Assembly (NCBI GenBank): GCA_013239625.1
Contig: MU053881.1
Span: 14,934,373 to 14,998,372 of the forward strand
Reading direction: 5' to 3'
From: Lama guanicoe
Lineage: Eukaryota
DNA: 64,000 nt
This document shows, one piece after another, positions 43,601-55,911 of this stretch (within the stretch, counting starts at the first letter, position 1; each line of letters begins with the position of its first letter). Position numbers and translations under genes: made by a program. The notes under the pieces were generated by a model. The model searched no databases. It had not been told where the DNA came from and worked only from the letters and a program-made list of their open reading frames with translations.

Positions 43601-46600
43601 ATTTCGCCAGCTTCACCCAGGGTTGTGCTTTAAAAAAAAAAAAAATCAAGAAGGAAAACCACTTTCAAAAGCTCTTAGGTGCTTACCTTCTTGGTGTCCC
43701 ACGCTTGCTTGGAAAGGTTCTTGTCTGTCTCCGATGTGGTCTCCTCCATTCCTGGGACTGTTAACAGTAAGACTAGGGTGGGGTGGGGTGGGGGAAGAAG
43801 GAGAAGCAGAAAATGAGTCTTTTTGCAGCTGCGTGCTGGCGCCAGGAGGGCACTCCCTCGACATAGTCTCGTGACTGTGATATGATTGTAACTGCCCCAA
43901 CTACTACTTCTGGGGATTGTACTGAAGTACAAGAGTTTCGTTAAAAAAAAAGAGAGAGAGAGAAAGAAAGAAAAGTGAAAAAGAGAGAGAGAGAACCTGT
44001 GACTTAAAAAGAAATGAGAACGAAAGCTCTGGAGCTAAGGACACATGTTGGCTCTGCCTCTTACAGAACCCACTCAGGCCTTGGAGGCCTTGGGGTGCAG
44101 AGAACAGCCAAGAATCTCTCCTAGCATCCCATGAGTGGTCGCCTTGCCCTGTGCACTGCACCTGCAGCCCTGTGGACACCCGTCTCCCGCACTGGGCTGT
44201 CAGTACCCAGAGGCCGGGCTCCTCTTGCGCTGTTGGCACCAAGCACAGGGACCCAGGCCCCGTAGTTCACCATGGGCTGAGGTTGATCCACGCGTGGTAG
44301 TTATGGCCGCATGAGTTGCAATGCCAACCAGCCCCAGAGAAGGAAAGGAGATGAGAGGTCTGAGGGACTGGTCGGGCATCTTTCAAGGCCCTAGAACCAG
44401 CTGTGCCTGAAGTCCATTTCCCTTAAATCTTTCGGTTAAGGTAAAATGAAACATTTTCTTTATGAGACCCAATTTCTTTATGTCGGTTGGAGGTTCAGTT
44501 TTTCACGTGCAATAGAGCCATTATGATGTGTTAGCCTGATGAGTTAATTCTTCCTTCTTGAAACCAGGACCAGGAGATGGAAGGGCAGCCAGACTAACCC
44601 TCAACTTCGTTACTGTCTGGGCCCCTTGAGGAACAGAAAGAGTTGATGTGTTTCTCTTCCCCCCACCCCAAAGCCAACTGGACTCTGAGCTGCCAGAGGT
44701 CCTTCCATTGTCACAGCAAGTCCCTGGGGATGGTGACACCCACTCATTGCCCTGAAAGTCCCATGTTCCTAGGGGACTCTCCAGGGTAGACAGCACCCTC
44801 TGAATGGCCCTCAGCATCAGAAGCAGGAGAGAAGCACTAGATCCATTCTTGTCACCCTTAGGCATTTGGAATCCTCGCTTTTATTATAGAGGCATTTCCT
44901 TCTGCGATCTCGCCTTTGCTGCCTCGTGAGCTGGGATCCCGGGAAGATCACATAAGGAGAGCCTCTGCCAGCAAGGGGTGAAGTTCTAGCTGACCATCCT
45001 TCTTCTAACAGCAAAATCTCCGTTATGTTTATACTGGCACAGTGAAATGCTACTAAAAAAGTAGGAAGCGTCTGGGCCTTCGGAATACACGATTAGTTCT
45101 CTGGTGTCAGTGCCTTGGAGCACAGCAGGCCCACATGGGGTTTCCTAGGGCTGGCCTCAGCATTGCTCTCCCCTCTATGGGTAACACTGCCCCAGTTTTT
45201 AAGATGGCATGTACCATCCTGGAAGGTCAGGGATACTGCCTCCACATCTAGCTCTAAGGAGGGACTGGGGGCCTGGGCACAAATCTGCCCTAGCTGCAGG
45301 GGTGTGTGCATGGCCCAATTGGAAAGGAGACTCTGGGCAACAGTTAGGAAACAGTCAGCCTCTTTTCCACCCACTGTAGCTAGGATGGGCCCAGGGGCTG
45401 TGGATCTAGAGGGTCCTAAGCATCAGAAACGGGAAATGATCCAGTGTGAAGCCCTGGATCAAACTATACCTGAAGGTGAACATCAAGCCTTGACTGTTGG
45501 TCATAAGCCAATCAAAGCCCTTTTTGCTTCAGCTTGCTGCTCCCAAAATTTGAAAGAATCTGCAAGTCCCCCAGACTGTGTGGCCATACCCTGAATCCAT
45601 GAATGAAAGCCAATGTGCATTTTCAGGGTCTGTTTTCTGTGTCTCTGCACTCCTCAAAATCCAACTCAAGTAGCACCATCTCTGAAAGTTTTCCTGAACC
45701 CCTTCCCTTGTTCCACAGCACCCGCTGAGTCTTCCTTCTCAAGTCTATCCACCTGTGAGTTTGTGATTTCGGGGAGCACAGCAGCCACCCACTGGACTTG
45801 CCTGACCCCAGGAAAGACGCCTGTGTGCCCTGTTGATACCTCTTTTCTGGTGCGTGTCCTGGGACCCACTCGTAAAGGGCTCTGGCTGGGTGGGCGTCAT
45901 TGTGCTCTGGTGCAGGGCAGAGTCAGAATTGGTCCTGGAGAGAGGAGAGAGACAGTGAGCCTCAGCCCCAAAGGGGACAAAGGGATAGTCTTGGCCCCAC
46001 TCTATCTGGGACATGCCCAATGGGACAGGGTGGCAGTCATAGGTCATTTCTGTGAGCTGCTGTAACCTGAGCAAAACCCTAAAGAGCCACAAGAGTGACT
46101 GCAGTTTTCATCTGCAAAGGCTGCAGCAGAAATGTCCTTCCCTTCCTAACCACCTAGCCACCTAACCAGCCCCTGTCTATCCCCGCCCCTTTGCTGGGGT
46201 TCTCAGCTTCAGGGAAAGGTTGGTGTTTTCCAGTTGAAATCCTCCAGGGAGAGGCCCTGACAGTCCCACAGTAGCCCAGTCTCGGGGGTACAAGCCCATC
46301 ATGGAGTTCTCTCCTGGTGAAAAATGGCCAAGGGGAGTCTTGCTCCAACCAGTCCAAATGCTGCCAGGGGCCTGGGAGAGGCTCCACTCTCTGCCCCAGT
46401 AACACAATCTGCCCCCAGTTGCAGGTGCCTAAAGGGAGGGTCCCCAGAAAAACCCTTCAGCTGCCTAGGAAACCAGGGGCACCCATGGGGAGCTGGGCGG
46501 ACATGCAAAGGATGGGCCCAGCTGCACAGCCAATTTGGGGATGAGAGTAAAAGCCACACGCACCCAATGGGGATGTCCCAGACACTGAGAGTGACGTGGA

Positions 46601-49600
46601 GGAAACTTGGTTCAAGGACAAGAAGAACAGGTTACAAAGGACTGGGCCACCTCTGACCCTGGGGCCAGCTGGGCAGAGAGGAGCCAGGAGGATCCTGCCC
46701 TCCCCTCAATACCAGCTGTGTGTCCCTGAGCAAGTGTTCTGACCTCTCTGTGCTCTTATACCTAAAATGAGGAGGATAACAGCACCAACTTCACCAAGCA
46801 CTGCACATCCTACATCAGTTAATGTATACGACGGTTGAAATAGCACCTGATACATGAGTATGACCTTGGTGGGTATTTAATTAGGTTACTGAATTATATA
46901 TTCGGTGTTGTGTTTATATATATATAATATGTATTATATATATATGTATTTTTTTAACAGCTTGCTTACTTTTGGTCTTTGTTTACTGAAATCACCTACG
47001 TATTTTTTTGTCTGTATGTATTGTAAAACAAACATGAAAACTGTCTTTTTAACCTTTTTTAAGTGTATACTTCTTTTGTCATTAAGTACATTTACACTGG
47101 TGTGTAACAATCACCTGTGTTATTTTAGGCATTTATATTAACTATACTATTGTTATTTAAGAACATTCTCACAACATTGTAAAATGATCATAAATCAATA
47201 AAAAATGTAAAAAAAAACATTCTAGATGATGGTATTATGGGTGGGTTTTTTTTTCCACTTTCCAGATGCACTTATGTATTTTTCTAATCTTCTAGTAAAA
47301 AATATATAATCCTTTTACAATCACGTTTTCTATGACTGTTCGGGAATGTGAGAAACCAATCATAATATAGCATTAATGGGAAAAAAGCAAGCCGCAGCAC
47401 TGAATATTCAATACAATCCCAACTTTGTTTGAAAAAGAAAAAAAAAATTTGTAAATAGAGAAGGGGAAAAAATAATCCCCAGAAGACCCCAAACTGTGAC
47501 CTCACTGTTAGAGGGCTAGAGCTGATTTCTAGAAACTTCTGGATTCTTCTTACTTTTGTCATTTTCAAGTGACTGAGTACTGGTTTTTCAAGCATGACCA
47601 TGAGGAAAGTATGGCTTTGTTTCCAATGAGAGGGCTGGGTTGGCTCTGAGTCACTGACCTTCTCCAGCTGGTGTCCGCAGGTGGCGAGAGGTACACGGTG
47701 CCGTATGGGCAGCTGTCCGCGTGAATGTGAGTTAAGGGGATGGTGCTGTCAGCTCAGGCCCGGCCCTGAGCCCTAGGAACCCTGCACTGGCCATTGGAGT
47801 AGCCAGGCTGCTGGAAGCCTGCAAACAGCTGGGGCCTCGGGGCGGGGGGCCTTTCCTGCCTGGCGGCGAGCAGCCCCCAGGGTGCAGCCCTGTCCACCTA
47901 GCACTCAGCACTCACCCCCTGCAAGCGCACGTGCGGGCTGCACCCCTTCCAAGAGGGGCCTCAGCCGTGAAACGGGGGCCCATGGGGGTGCTGCGGGGAG
48001 TCTAGTTCAGCTGACCCTGGTCTTGACTCTTAATTCTGGGCTGACGGGGCGGCTCCCGGGGCCCCAGGGCTTGGTCTGGGGCCCAGCTGGTCAGGCTCCC
48101 CTAGACCATGGAAATGAGAACCAGGAAAGAACAGGCTTCTCTGTTCTGGAGAGCCAGGGTTCCCAGGAGCAGCCACTCCGACTCCAGTGGTGGGGGAGCC
48201 TAGCTGGCCAGGCACCAAGGGGCAGCCAGGTGGGGGGAGTGGGGGGATTCCTGACAATCTCTCTGCTTGGCTGAGGTACAGAGGCAAATTCTATGTCTTC
48301 AGATCAAGCCTCACTCTGTTCTGTCTGGGTCTGGCTCAGATCCCCCTCAGCCCCACTGCCTTGGCTCGGCTGCCCTCCATAAGGCCCTAGAGGGGTCCAC
48401 CGCCACGGCCCTGACATGTAAATGCTCTGCTTGCAACCTTCCTGGGCCCCACTGCCCAGCCAGGAGTCTGAGCACAATGTGGTCCAGCTTCATCCTCCCA
48501 ACTCTCATCTCAGAATGTGTGCTCCAGTGGCCATCTCTGTGTCATTGGTCCTTGTGCTCCCCTAGCCCTTCAGCTCACATTGCATCCTCCAGGATGTCTT
48601 CTGGGGTTGCTGTGCAATTGTACTCCCTTCTTGGTGCTGCCCAGTAGCCCTGGAGAACTGGAGAAGCCCTGATTCCATCCCAGAGCTGGCAGCAGGCAGC
48701 TCTATCAGCTAGATGAAGCAGTCCCCTCCCCCCTCCTCTGGGAAAAGGATATCTGCCTTCCATGTTTGTCCACTGACAGGGGCCGGCGATGTGGGGAGCC
48801 GAGCCGGCCACGCTCCCGGTACACTCTGTCCACTAGCCCATGGTGCCGGGTAGTTCGGCTGGTGTCCAGGCCCGAGGACTGGAAGGGTGTCTGGGGATGG
48901 GAAGGGGACCAACGTTGGGATGGAGGAGAGGAAGAGATGGGAAAAGAGAGAGAGAAACCCAAATCACAGTTACCAGCTGTGGTCTGAGATCCGACCCCAG
49001 CTCTGTCCCCCAAGATCTGACCTCAGGGTCCCCCCACAACCCTCCCTGTTCAGGTCTGGAGACACCATCAGCCACTCTAGGTGGGCTTCTTTTCCTCCTG
49101 CGGCCCCTGCCCCAGGTCTCTGAGCACTGTGGGGCTGGAGGTGAGCTGGGGTTCCCGGGCGCCAGGGCAGCAGGCGTGCAGTGCAGCCGGCATGCACGGG
49201 CCAGGCAGAGCGGCGCAAGCTCGGGACCTAGTGCTGGCCAGGATGCCAGGGGTGCAGACGGACTGAGCACCGCCCTCCCCCACCCCCAGCCTCGCCAGGT
49301 GCAGACAGGCCTCCGCCCTCTCTCTCCAGGCCTGGCCGGCCTCCTCTCCCCACCTACGTCATCCCTGGAGGGGCCTGCCAAGAGACAGCCCCGGGGCTTC
49401 CAGCCCAGGACGTCGAGGGGCCCACCTGGCCAAGTGCTGGCTCCCTGGAGGCTCCTTGTTGAGCCTGGGGCTGGTCTTGGTTGAGACTTGGCCTCCACGC
49501 GCCCTCCCCCACAGCCTTGTCCCAGCACAACCGGGAGCCAAGTGCAGGCACTTTCCGGAGCCCTGGCCTACGGCTTGGCCGGACAGGGCTCCCTTCCAGC

Positions 49601-51792
49601 ACCTGGGGCTGGCATGAGGCCCCTGGCCAGGCTCTGCTCCCACTCCTGGCTCCATGCTCCTGGGGCCCCCAGGAACCTGCTCTCTACATGTCCTGGCGCC
49701 AAGGGCCCCTCACCATCTGACTGGGGTGAGACTGGCAGTGTTAGCTAGCTCTGGATGCAGCCCGTCCCCCTGCCAGGCCATCTGGCCCTTGGGCCCTTCT
49801 GTCTTCTCTGGGAAGCCAGGCAAAAAGCAATTTCCTCTGGAAGACTGCCACTGGCTGGCTCACTGCTCTTCCCCACCCTCCAAACAACCTGGCTAGCATT
49901 CAGGGCTGCCTGCTCTCCCTGGCATTCAGGGACCCCTGTCTCTCCCTAACCCAGCAAAGACTCTACCAATTTGGGTCTTTCTGCGCTTTTGTCTCCAAAA
50001 GGCTGTGGGCCCAGGAAATGGCAGTGACCAAGGGAGTGTAGGAACCTTGCCACCCAGGCAAAGACATCAAAGGACAGGGGCCATTCCTCTCCTCCCAGAG
50101 ATGCCTGGAAGCCAAGAGGGGAAATCGAGGCGGCTGAAGCAGAGCCAGAGGCAGAGAGAAGCTCAGGCCCAGCCACAGCCTGGTTCACCAGGCCGGATCC
50201 ACACACACACGTGTGCGTATGTCACAGGAACGAACCATGCAGCGTTGGTGCGCATGCTCAGATCCCCCAGGCAGGGGTCTCTCGACGCGCCCACACGCAC
50301 TTCCCCAGACGGGGGTGCAGAGCGGATCTGTTTCCATTTGGCAGACAGGACACCTCCTGCTGGGCCACGGGGGCGGCCGCTCAGGGATACCCAGCGCCCG
50401 CGCACGTGCCAGGGATGCCGAGGCCTCAGCCCAGGGGCTCATTTACCAGAGAGACAGGAGCCGCTGTCAGAGCCTCCCCCAGAAATCCGCTGGGCTGAAA
50501 ATGCAAAGAACCGAGACTTTGAGACACTCCTGCCTCTCCTGGCCCCCCAGTGGGAAGCCCAACAGGGCCCCGTGCACCCTCAGCTCCATACTGGTCCCAG
50601 GCAGGGCCAAGCTAGGGGGTGCCCAGAGAGACACTCTCCTAGAGGGGGAAGGGGAGAGCCAGGGAGGAGGGGAGAAAACCCAAACTAGAAAGGGCACTGA
50701 CAAAGAGGTCAGGCTTTGATGCACACCAGGATCAGCAGGACAGCCCCACTCATCTGCTCTGATGAGGAGGCCATCTGAGGAGGGCTATGCTCCATGGGCC
50801 CAGGAGATAGAGCTGAGCCGGCTGGACCCCGAGGCAGCCTGAGGGACCCTGGGTTGGTGCCCTGCTGCATCCCAGCAGCAGTGTGGGAGGAGTAGGAGCT
50901 GGGGAGTGACTTGGGCGGGTGGGTAGGGGCTGAGCTCCCTGAAGGACTGACCCAGTACCACCTGGCCTGTCAACACACTAATGCACGAGGCTGTTTCTGA
51001 GGCTTTGTCCCAGCAACAGGATAGGTGTGTGGCTACCTGATGAACCTGTCCCTGCATAGCCTAGACATTGTGCTGAGGGTGGCCCTACCTCTTGGCCCAG
51101 CTCCTGGGCCCACCTTGACCCCACTGCAGACCAGCGGCTGGGGATGTGGCCTTGGGGAAGAGGCTAGCCCAGCTCCGGGCAGGCAGTGGCCCTTATCTCT
51201 CCTTATTTACGATAAGGACGTGCACGGCAGCTACATGGCCTGCGGGAGCCGCGCCGTGTGGGTCTCTGCCAAGAAACGTTTGCAGACAAGTGGGGTCAGG
51301 CCACGGGGCCTCCTTCTGAGAATTGCTGGGCTTGCGGATTAGTGAAGCGGGATGGAGCCAAGCCCCAGAGGCCCTGAGCGGTTCCCGCTGCTGCACACCC
51401 GGCCAACAGGTGTAGCGGCTGCCGAAACACTCAGGGCCAGACCATGGCCTCACTGTGGGGTCTGCTGACAGAGGATGGGCAGGGGGGATCCGGGAGAAGC
51501 CTGGCCCAGGGGGAGGAAGGGAGTAGGCGGGGGTGGGTCGGGCGGCAGCAATCATCTGGTGACCCCAGCTGTTCACAGGCTGTCATGCGTGCTCACTTGC
51601 TCTGTGGCCAGGGCGGGGCCCAGACTGCAACACGTCCCAGGTGGGAGGTGGTGTAGGGGAGGGATGGGGGCTCACCTGGAAGGGCAGATCCACAGTGCCG
51701 CTCCCAATCTGGTTCACGTTGGGCAGGGACCCGCCGTAGTACTGGCCACGGCTTGGGCCCAGCTGCAGGTACTGGGACTTTTGGAGCTGGAG
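25420..51792 (-). CDS. CRTC1: CREB-regulated transcription coactivator 1, exons 2-last (5'-partial; exon 1 outside window)
   Basis: Minus-strand join 51792-51676,(alt 50494-50447),48890-48753,47720-47659,45934-45840,43772-43687,40803-40763,40279-40059,35381-35248,33507-33271,31320-31216,27940-27854,27230-27050,25665-25420. Motifs [34 protein letters not shown]-terminal [13 protein letters not shown]. The last exon carries a 34-bp duplication (see findings). Confidence 0.97.
25772..25965. mobile_element. MER20 (hAT-Charlie) DNA transposon remnant
   Basis: cccccaggggacatttgcaatgtcc...gctactggcatc...gaggccagggatgctg. Confidence 0.8.
27050..27230 (-). CDS. CRTC1: CRTC1 exon 13
   Basis: tcccag| [20 protein letters not shown]...[10 protein letters not shown] |gtgagg. 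Confidence 0.96.
27467..27496. repeat. (GGAT)n microsatellite
   Basis: About 7 perfect TGGA units. Confidence 0.9.
27854..27940 (-). CDS. CRTC1: CRTC1 exon 12
   Basis: ctgcag| [29 protein letters not shown] |gtgagc. Confidence 0.96.
29428..29565 (-). mobile_element. tRNA-Ala-derived SINE (Vic-1-like) with 10-bp TSD
   Basis: tRNA-like body and (TAAA)-rich tail; TSD CCTCACATTT at 29418-29427 and 29566-29575. Confidence 0.9.
31216..31320 (-). CDS. CRTC1: CRTC1 exon 11
   Basis: tcacag| [35 protein letters not shown] |gtaagg. Confidence 0.96.
33271..33507 (-). CDS. CRTC1: CRTC1 exon 10 (Pro-rich)
   Basis: cttcag| [20 protein letters not shown]...MGIDIAS |gtaagc; 79 codons. Confidence 0.95.
34250..34935 (+). 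mobile_element. Old L1 fragments (3'UTR piece and ORF2 pieces)
   Basis: aaatggacaaattcct...caagaagaa..gaaaatctga; ggtgaattctaccaaacatttaaga; gaagaggagggaacacttt. Confidence 0.8.
35248..35381 (-). CDS. CRTC1: CRTC1 exon 9
   Basis: tttcag| [15 protein letters not shown]...[12 protein letters not shown] |gtgcga. Confidence 0.96.
40059..40279 (-). CDS. CRTC1: CRTC1 exon 8
   Basis: ccccag| [44 protein letters not shown]...GIGGAGQ |gtaagg. Confidence 0.96.
40763..40803 (-). CDS. CRTC1: CRTC1 exon 7
   Basis: tttcag| [13 protein letters not shown] |gtaagt. Confidence 0.95.
43262..43399 (-). mobile_element. L1 3'-end fragment with poly(A), fused to the U6 copy
   Basis: T-run then ttgagataaaattgacatataacattatattagtttcaggtgtataacataatg, a typical antisense L1 3' terminus. 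Confidence 0.8.
43400..43502 (-). pseudogene. U6 snRNA retropseudogene (near full length, diverged)
   Basis: Reverse complement reads ...GGCAGCACATACACTAAAATTGGAATCATACAGGGAAGATGAGCATGGCCCTCGAGGATGACACGCAAATTCACAAAGCGTTGTATATTTTT, matching U6; the ACAGAGA box is mutated to ACAGGGA. Confidence 0.93.
43687..43772 (-). CDS. CRTC1: CRTC1 exon 6
   Basis: ccctag| [29 protein letters not shown] |gtaagc. Confidence 0.96.
44240..45590 (+). mobile_element. Old MLT1-type LTR fragments (about 44240-44520 and 45090-45590)
   Basis: ccagctgtgcctgaag; gccctggatcaaactatacctgaag...taagccaat. Confidence 0.5.
45840..45934 (-). CDS. CRTC1: CRTC1 exon 5 (SIK/AMPK 14-3-3 site RTNSDSALH)
   Basis: ctccag| [31 protein letters not shown] |gtatca. 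Confidence 0.96.
46700..46880 (+). mobile_element. MIR SINE
   Basis: cagctgtgtgtccctgagcaagtg...gacctctctgtgc...taaaatgaggaggataacagcacc. Confidence 0.7.
47659..47720 (-). CDS. CRTC1: CRTC1 exon 4
   Basis: ttcac| [20 protein letters not shown] |gtcagt. Confidence 0.95.
47721..48752 (-). other. CRTC1: U12-type (minor spliceosome) AT-AC intron, 1032 bp
   Basis: Donor ATATCCTTTT, branch site TCCCCTTAAC (47740-47731), terminal ...TTCAC; joins KHGRQ to ADSCPY in frame. Confidence 0.93.
48753..48890 (-). CDS. CRTC1: CRTC1 exon 3
   Basis: ccccag| [46 protein letters not shown] |atatcctttt (U12 donor). Confidence 0.96.
50447..50494 (-). CDS. CRTC1: CRTC1 48-nt cassette exon (long isoform)
   Basis: ttttcag| [16 protein letters not shown] |gtaaat; phase 0/0; resembles the 16-aa insert of the long human isoform as I recall it. 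Confidence 0.85.
51676..51792 (-). CDS. CRTC1: CRTC1 exon 2
   Basis: ttgcag| [39 protein letters not shown] |gtgagc. Confidence 0.96.
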
Positions 51793-53699
51793 CTGCAAGA
51801 GAGAAGCCAGCAGCTATAGCGGAGGCAGGGGTGGCTGGGGGCGGTGAGGGGGGAAGCCCCTCATGAGCACACCCTGAAGAGCGCCATTCCCGAGGGCCCC
51901 AAGCAGTGGGGTCAGTGGCACCAGTCACAGAGGGTATGGGACCCTTGTGACTCAGATTCCCAAAGGAGCCACGAGTCTCTCCACCAAAACCAGAAGAATC
52001 AGAAACCCAAGAAGCCCCAGGCGGCCCTCCCCAGGCAGGGAAATGTGTCCTGGGTGCACTGCCACCACGAACTTGAGGGAGGCTTGCTCGCTGACTCAGA
52101 CGGTCTGTGAATAAGCAAGAGTATCAGGTGGACCTGGAGCCTATGCAGGAGGCCCCTCACCCACCCCAGGGGAGCCATTTCTTATCACCAAAGGCTGCGT
52201 TCCTGGGGCGCGGGCCAGAGGCTGCGAATTTACTCCCGGACACAAGGAAATTGTCCTTCCAATGGCCTGAATCGGAGAGGCTGGCTTAGAAGTGCAGAGC
52301 TAGCTTTCAAAGTCCAGCATGTACAATCCCTTCGGCAGCACACACAGGACGATTGGGTCTGCCAGACCCCTCCTGAGTTTTAAGGGGTCCTGCCCAAGCC
52401 CCAAGGCTCCTTCTGCCTATCCTGTCAGCCTCACCCACTGGAGAGCCTTCATCTGGGCTGGTCGCATCGCCGCACAGTCCTCCACCCTTCACTTGCATGG
52501 GAATTTGTCCCACTGGGCCAGGCCTCAGAACCAAGAGCCTGGGGCTCCCTGACCAGCCCTGGCTGCCTCAGAGCAGGGCTGGGACCTGGTCTCTTCTCCC
52601 TCCAGCAGCAATTCCACCTTGCTGGGAATGGCAGATGCTCCTGAGCTGGTTGATACTACCTGTGGCCCTCGGGGCCAAAGATCCACAATGCCTGTTAAAC
52701 TGCCATGGTAGGTGGGTGCCCTGATGGAGGGGCAGGGGCCAGGCATCTGGGGAGGGGTGGGCGTCCGCTCCAGCCGGCTGGGGCGGTTGCTAGGGTCGAC
52801 ACTGTGTACACAACAAGACCGGCTCACGTTCCCTCACAAACAGCTCCTGGCAGTGCTCCGTTTGCTGGCCGCCCACGCCGCCCTGCTATCCCACGCCAGC
52901 CCCCGCTTCCTGGGGGGCCCTGGACACCGGAGGGGGAAGTAAAGTTCAGGAACTGGCCGCTCGCCCGGTGGAGCACCTCACCCAGGTAAACAGCTGTTTC
53001 CTGCAAACTGCGAGGGAGCCGGGAGAGAGATTGACCTTGCTCCGTTCCTTCTCGGGGTGGTTCTCACGCATCCTCAGGGCCCCACCCAGGGTCTGTCTCT
53101 AATGGCTGGGGACCTCACTGTGAACACCCCACCATGTCCCGCCCTGCAGTCACTTGAGATGAAACAGGCCAGCCCCCAGTCAGGAGGGAGGGGGAGGCCA
53201 AGCAGGATGGGGCGCCCTGGCCTGGACATAGGTTGCCTGGGACCCGAGACCAGCCCTCATCCCTTCTTGTGTCTGAGCCGTGTGGCAGGAACCCGCATTG
53301 CATCCACCTCTCAAGAACCATGTGGCCCTGGAGGGCTCCAGCCCTTTCTGGGCCTCAGTTTCCCCCTCCCTAAAGTGAGTGGTCCAGGCAAGTGTGTGTG
53401 CAAATGCCAGGTGTGTGATACAGGAAGTGTTCACACCACACATGCTTTTGTCACAGGCTGAACTGCCAGCTCTGGAAACTTCGGCATCCAGGAAAGTACT
53501 CCGCAAAGCTGCCACATTCCGGGCTAGAGAGAGGCCAGACTGGGGACTTACAGGATGCTCATGGCTCAAGTGCTGCTGTAGCATTGGCCCTCCCAAGCCC
53601 CACCTCTGTCAGGCTTTGTGGTGTGGCCTCTGGAGTGGACACAGTGTGGGGCCTCGCTCTTCTTTGGGGGACCCTGTGCTCATACTTGGTTGTACATGA

Positions 53700-54270
53700 G
53701 GCTGCAAAGGAAAGAGTTAACCTGGTCCAAGGCGGTCTGACCTTTGCCCCCAGCTCCTGGGCGATGAAAGCCCTTAGAAAAGTATTGCCTGATAAGAGTG
53801 TCTTTGTTTGCCTAGGGCCTCAGGCCACACTGGGTATCTATGCCAACAGCCGTGATTTGAGGTGGAGGTCTCCAGCCAATGCGATATCAGCTCACTCTCT
53901 GCAGGGGCTAGAGATGGCAGTCAGCAGTGTCTGTCTGCATGGTGAACCCCAGTGAAAACCCTGGACACCAAGGCTTGGGGAGCATCCCTGGACATTATCC
54001 CATGTGTGTCATCACACACTGGTGCTGGGAGAAGCAAGCACTGTCCATGTGACTCCAAAGGGAAGGGACAATAGGCAGCTGTGTGCTGGGAACTCTCCTG
54101 GACGCCGCCCTATGCTGACTGCATCCTTCTACTCTAACAGACCATAACTGTGAGTATAATGGTTTTCTGAGTCCTAGTGAACTGTCAAGCTGAGTGTAGT
54201 CTCGGGAACCCTCATATTCTGCAGCTGGTGTCAGATATGATGGTGGTCTTAGGGAACCTCCTAACTTTGC
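53700..54270. mobile_element. MER21-like ERVL LTR
   Basis: cctgataagagtgtctttgtttgcct; gtgtcatcacacactggtgctggg; ctgtgagtataat..ttttctgagtcct. Confidence 0.75.
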
Positions 54271-55911
54271 AGGGGCTGACTGCCATCCCAGGCCTGGCTG
54301 GAAAACCCTAAGAGTGGGGTCCTGGGGTGAAAAGGGGGCCAGCCTGGGCTCTACCCATGGACCTGCTGCCTCAGAAGGTCCACAGGGACAGCAGAGTGAC
54401 ACCACCAGGCAGGGTCTGACAAGCTGCCAGAAGCCAAAGCTCATGCCTCTGCCCACTGCCAAGCTACACACTCATGCACCCCTCCACCCAGCAATCCTCA
54501 TTCTGTGCCCCCTCCATGGTACTTCCTACCCCACCCTGCAGCCAACCTCGCCAACAGAGCTCCATAAACCTGGCATGTGAGCCAAGGCCTAATGCTCAGC
54601 AGCACCTGGTGGTGGAACAAAGGAGCGGATGAACACACGAGTGAATGAATGAATGAGTGAATGAATGGTTAAGTGAATGAACACTACTCACTGTCAATAG
54701 CCGACTTTCATGAGCCAGGTTGACAGTCCCATTTGGAGGCCATACAAGAACCTTTCAGGACACAGACCCAATTCCCAACGCCTTATGGAGGCTTGAGCCT
54801 TCCCGCCCCCTTGCCCCGTCCTCATGGTTTTTGGCAGAGCGGGGCGCGGACAGGAAAGTGAAGCCTGGCTGAGGCTACCCGCTGGCACAGAGGAGCTACA
54901 ACTTCCAGGGCTCCTTCTTACTTATGGCCTGTAGATCAGACAGCCTGGGGTCCAACCCCAGGCTCCCCGACTGTGCAAGTGAACCCCACTCCAGATTCTA
55001 AGGGCATGCAGGTGCTCTGTGACCCATGCTTTCACCATGGCCTCCCTGCCCTCTATTCTACCTGATCTCCATTCCCTCCTGCCACCTGACCCCAAAGCAC
55101 CCTGAGTCTGTGCCCCCCAGGCTCTCAGCCTGTGACAGCTCCCCCTCCACACCCATTCCAGAGTGCCTCCCTGATACCCCACCCAAGGAGCAGCCCCCAA
55201 GTCACCATCACATTGGCCTCTGGCTTTTTTTTTTTAATAAAAGTTTTTATTGTGAGTCTTAGATGTACACACACACAAAAAGAACCCTGTAAAGATGGTA
55301 CAGCGAGCTCCTCAAAAGCAGCCCTCTTCCTCTATTGGGTCAAAATTAAGAGAACGACAGCAGTAGAGCACCTCTGACTGACCCAGACCCTCTGCATATG
55401 CCTCTTTGGGTTTGTCTAATCCCGTTCGTCCCATCAGAAGTGTGTGGCTCATGATCTTGTCCACTGTCCCCATCCTGTCCCCCAGCAGGTGGCAGGCACC
55501 CAAGACTCACGGTCTGCTGGTCACAATGTGTCTGGTGCCAGCCCACCATGTGGCCACGCTGGGCCCCTAGTAAGTGCTGCTGCATGTCTGACCTCACCTC
55601 CCATCGGCATCCTGCAGCCCCAGACCCTTCCAGTAACAGTGCAGTTCATGCCTCTCAAACCCTCTTGCTCTGGGGTGTGAACCAACCAACCAAGTGGCAC
55701 CACACCCTAGGGGTCACAGGTGTTTCAGAGTTGAGGCTGACGGGGCCACAACGTAGGACCAGGAAGCACAGCGGAGACCTTAGCCACCCTGTGCTCAGTG
55801 TCCCCCAACCTCAAACATTACCGATGGCACCGGAGGCCCTGCCATGGGGCACAGAGCTCTTCCCAAGTCTCAGCACGTTTAACATTTAAGCAGCACAACT
55901 GCCCTGTCCTA

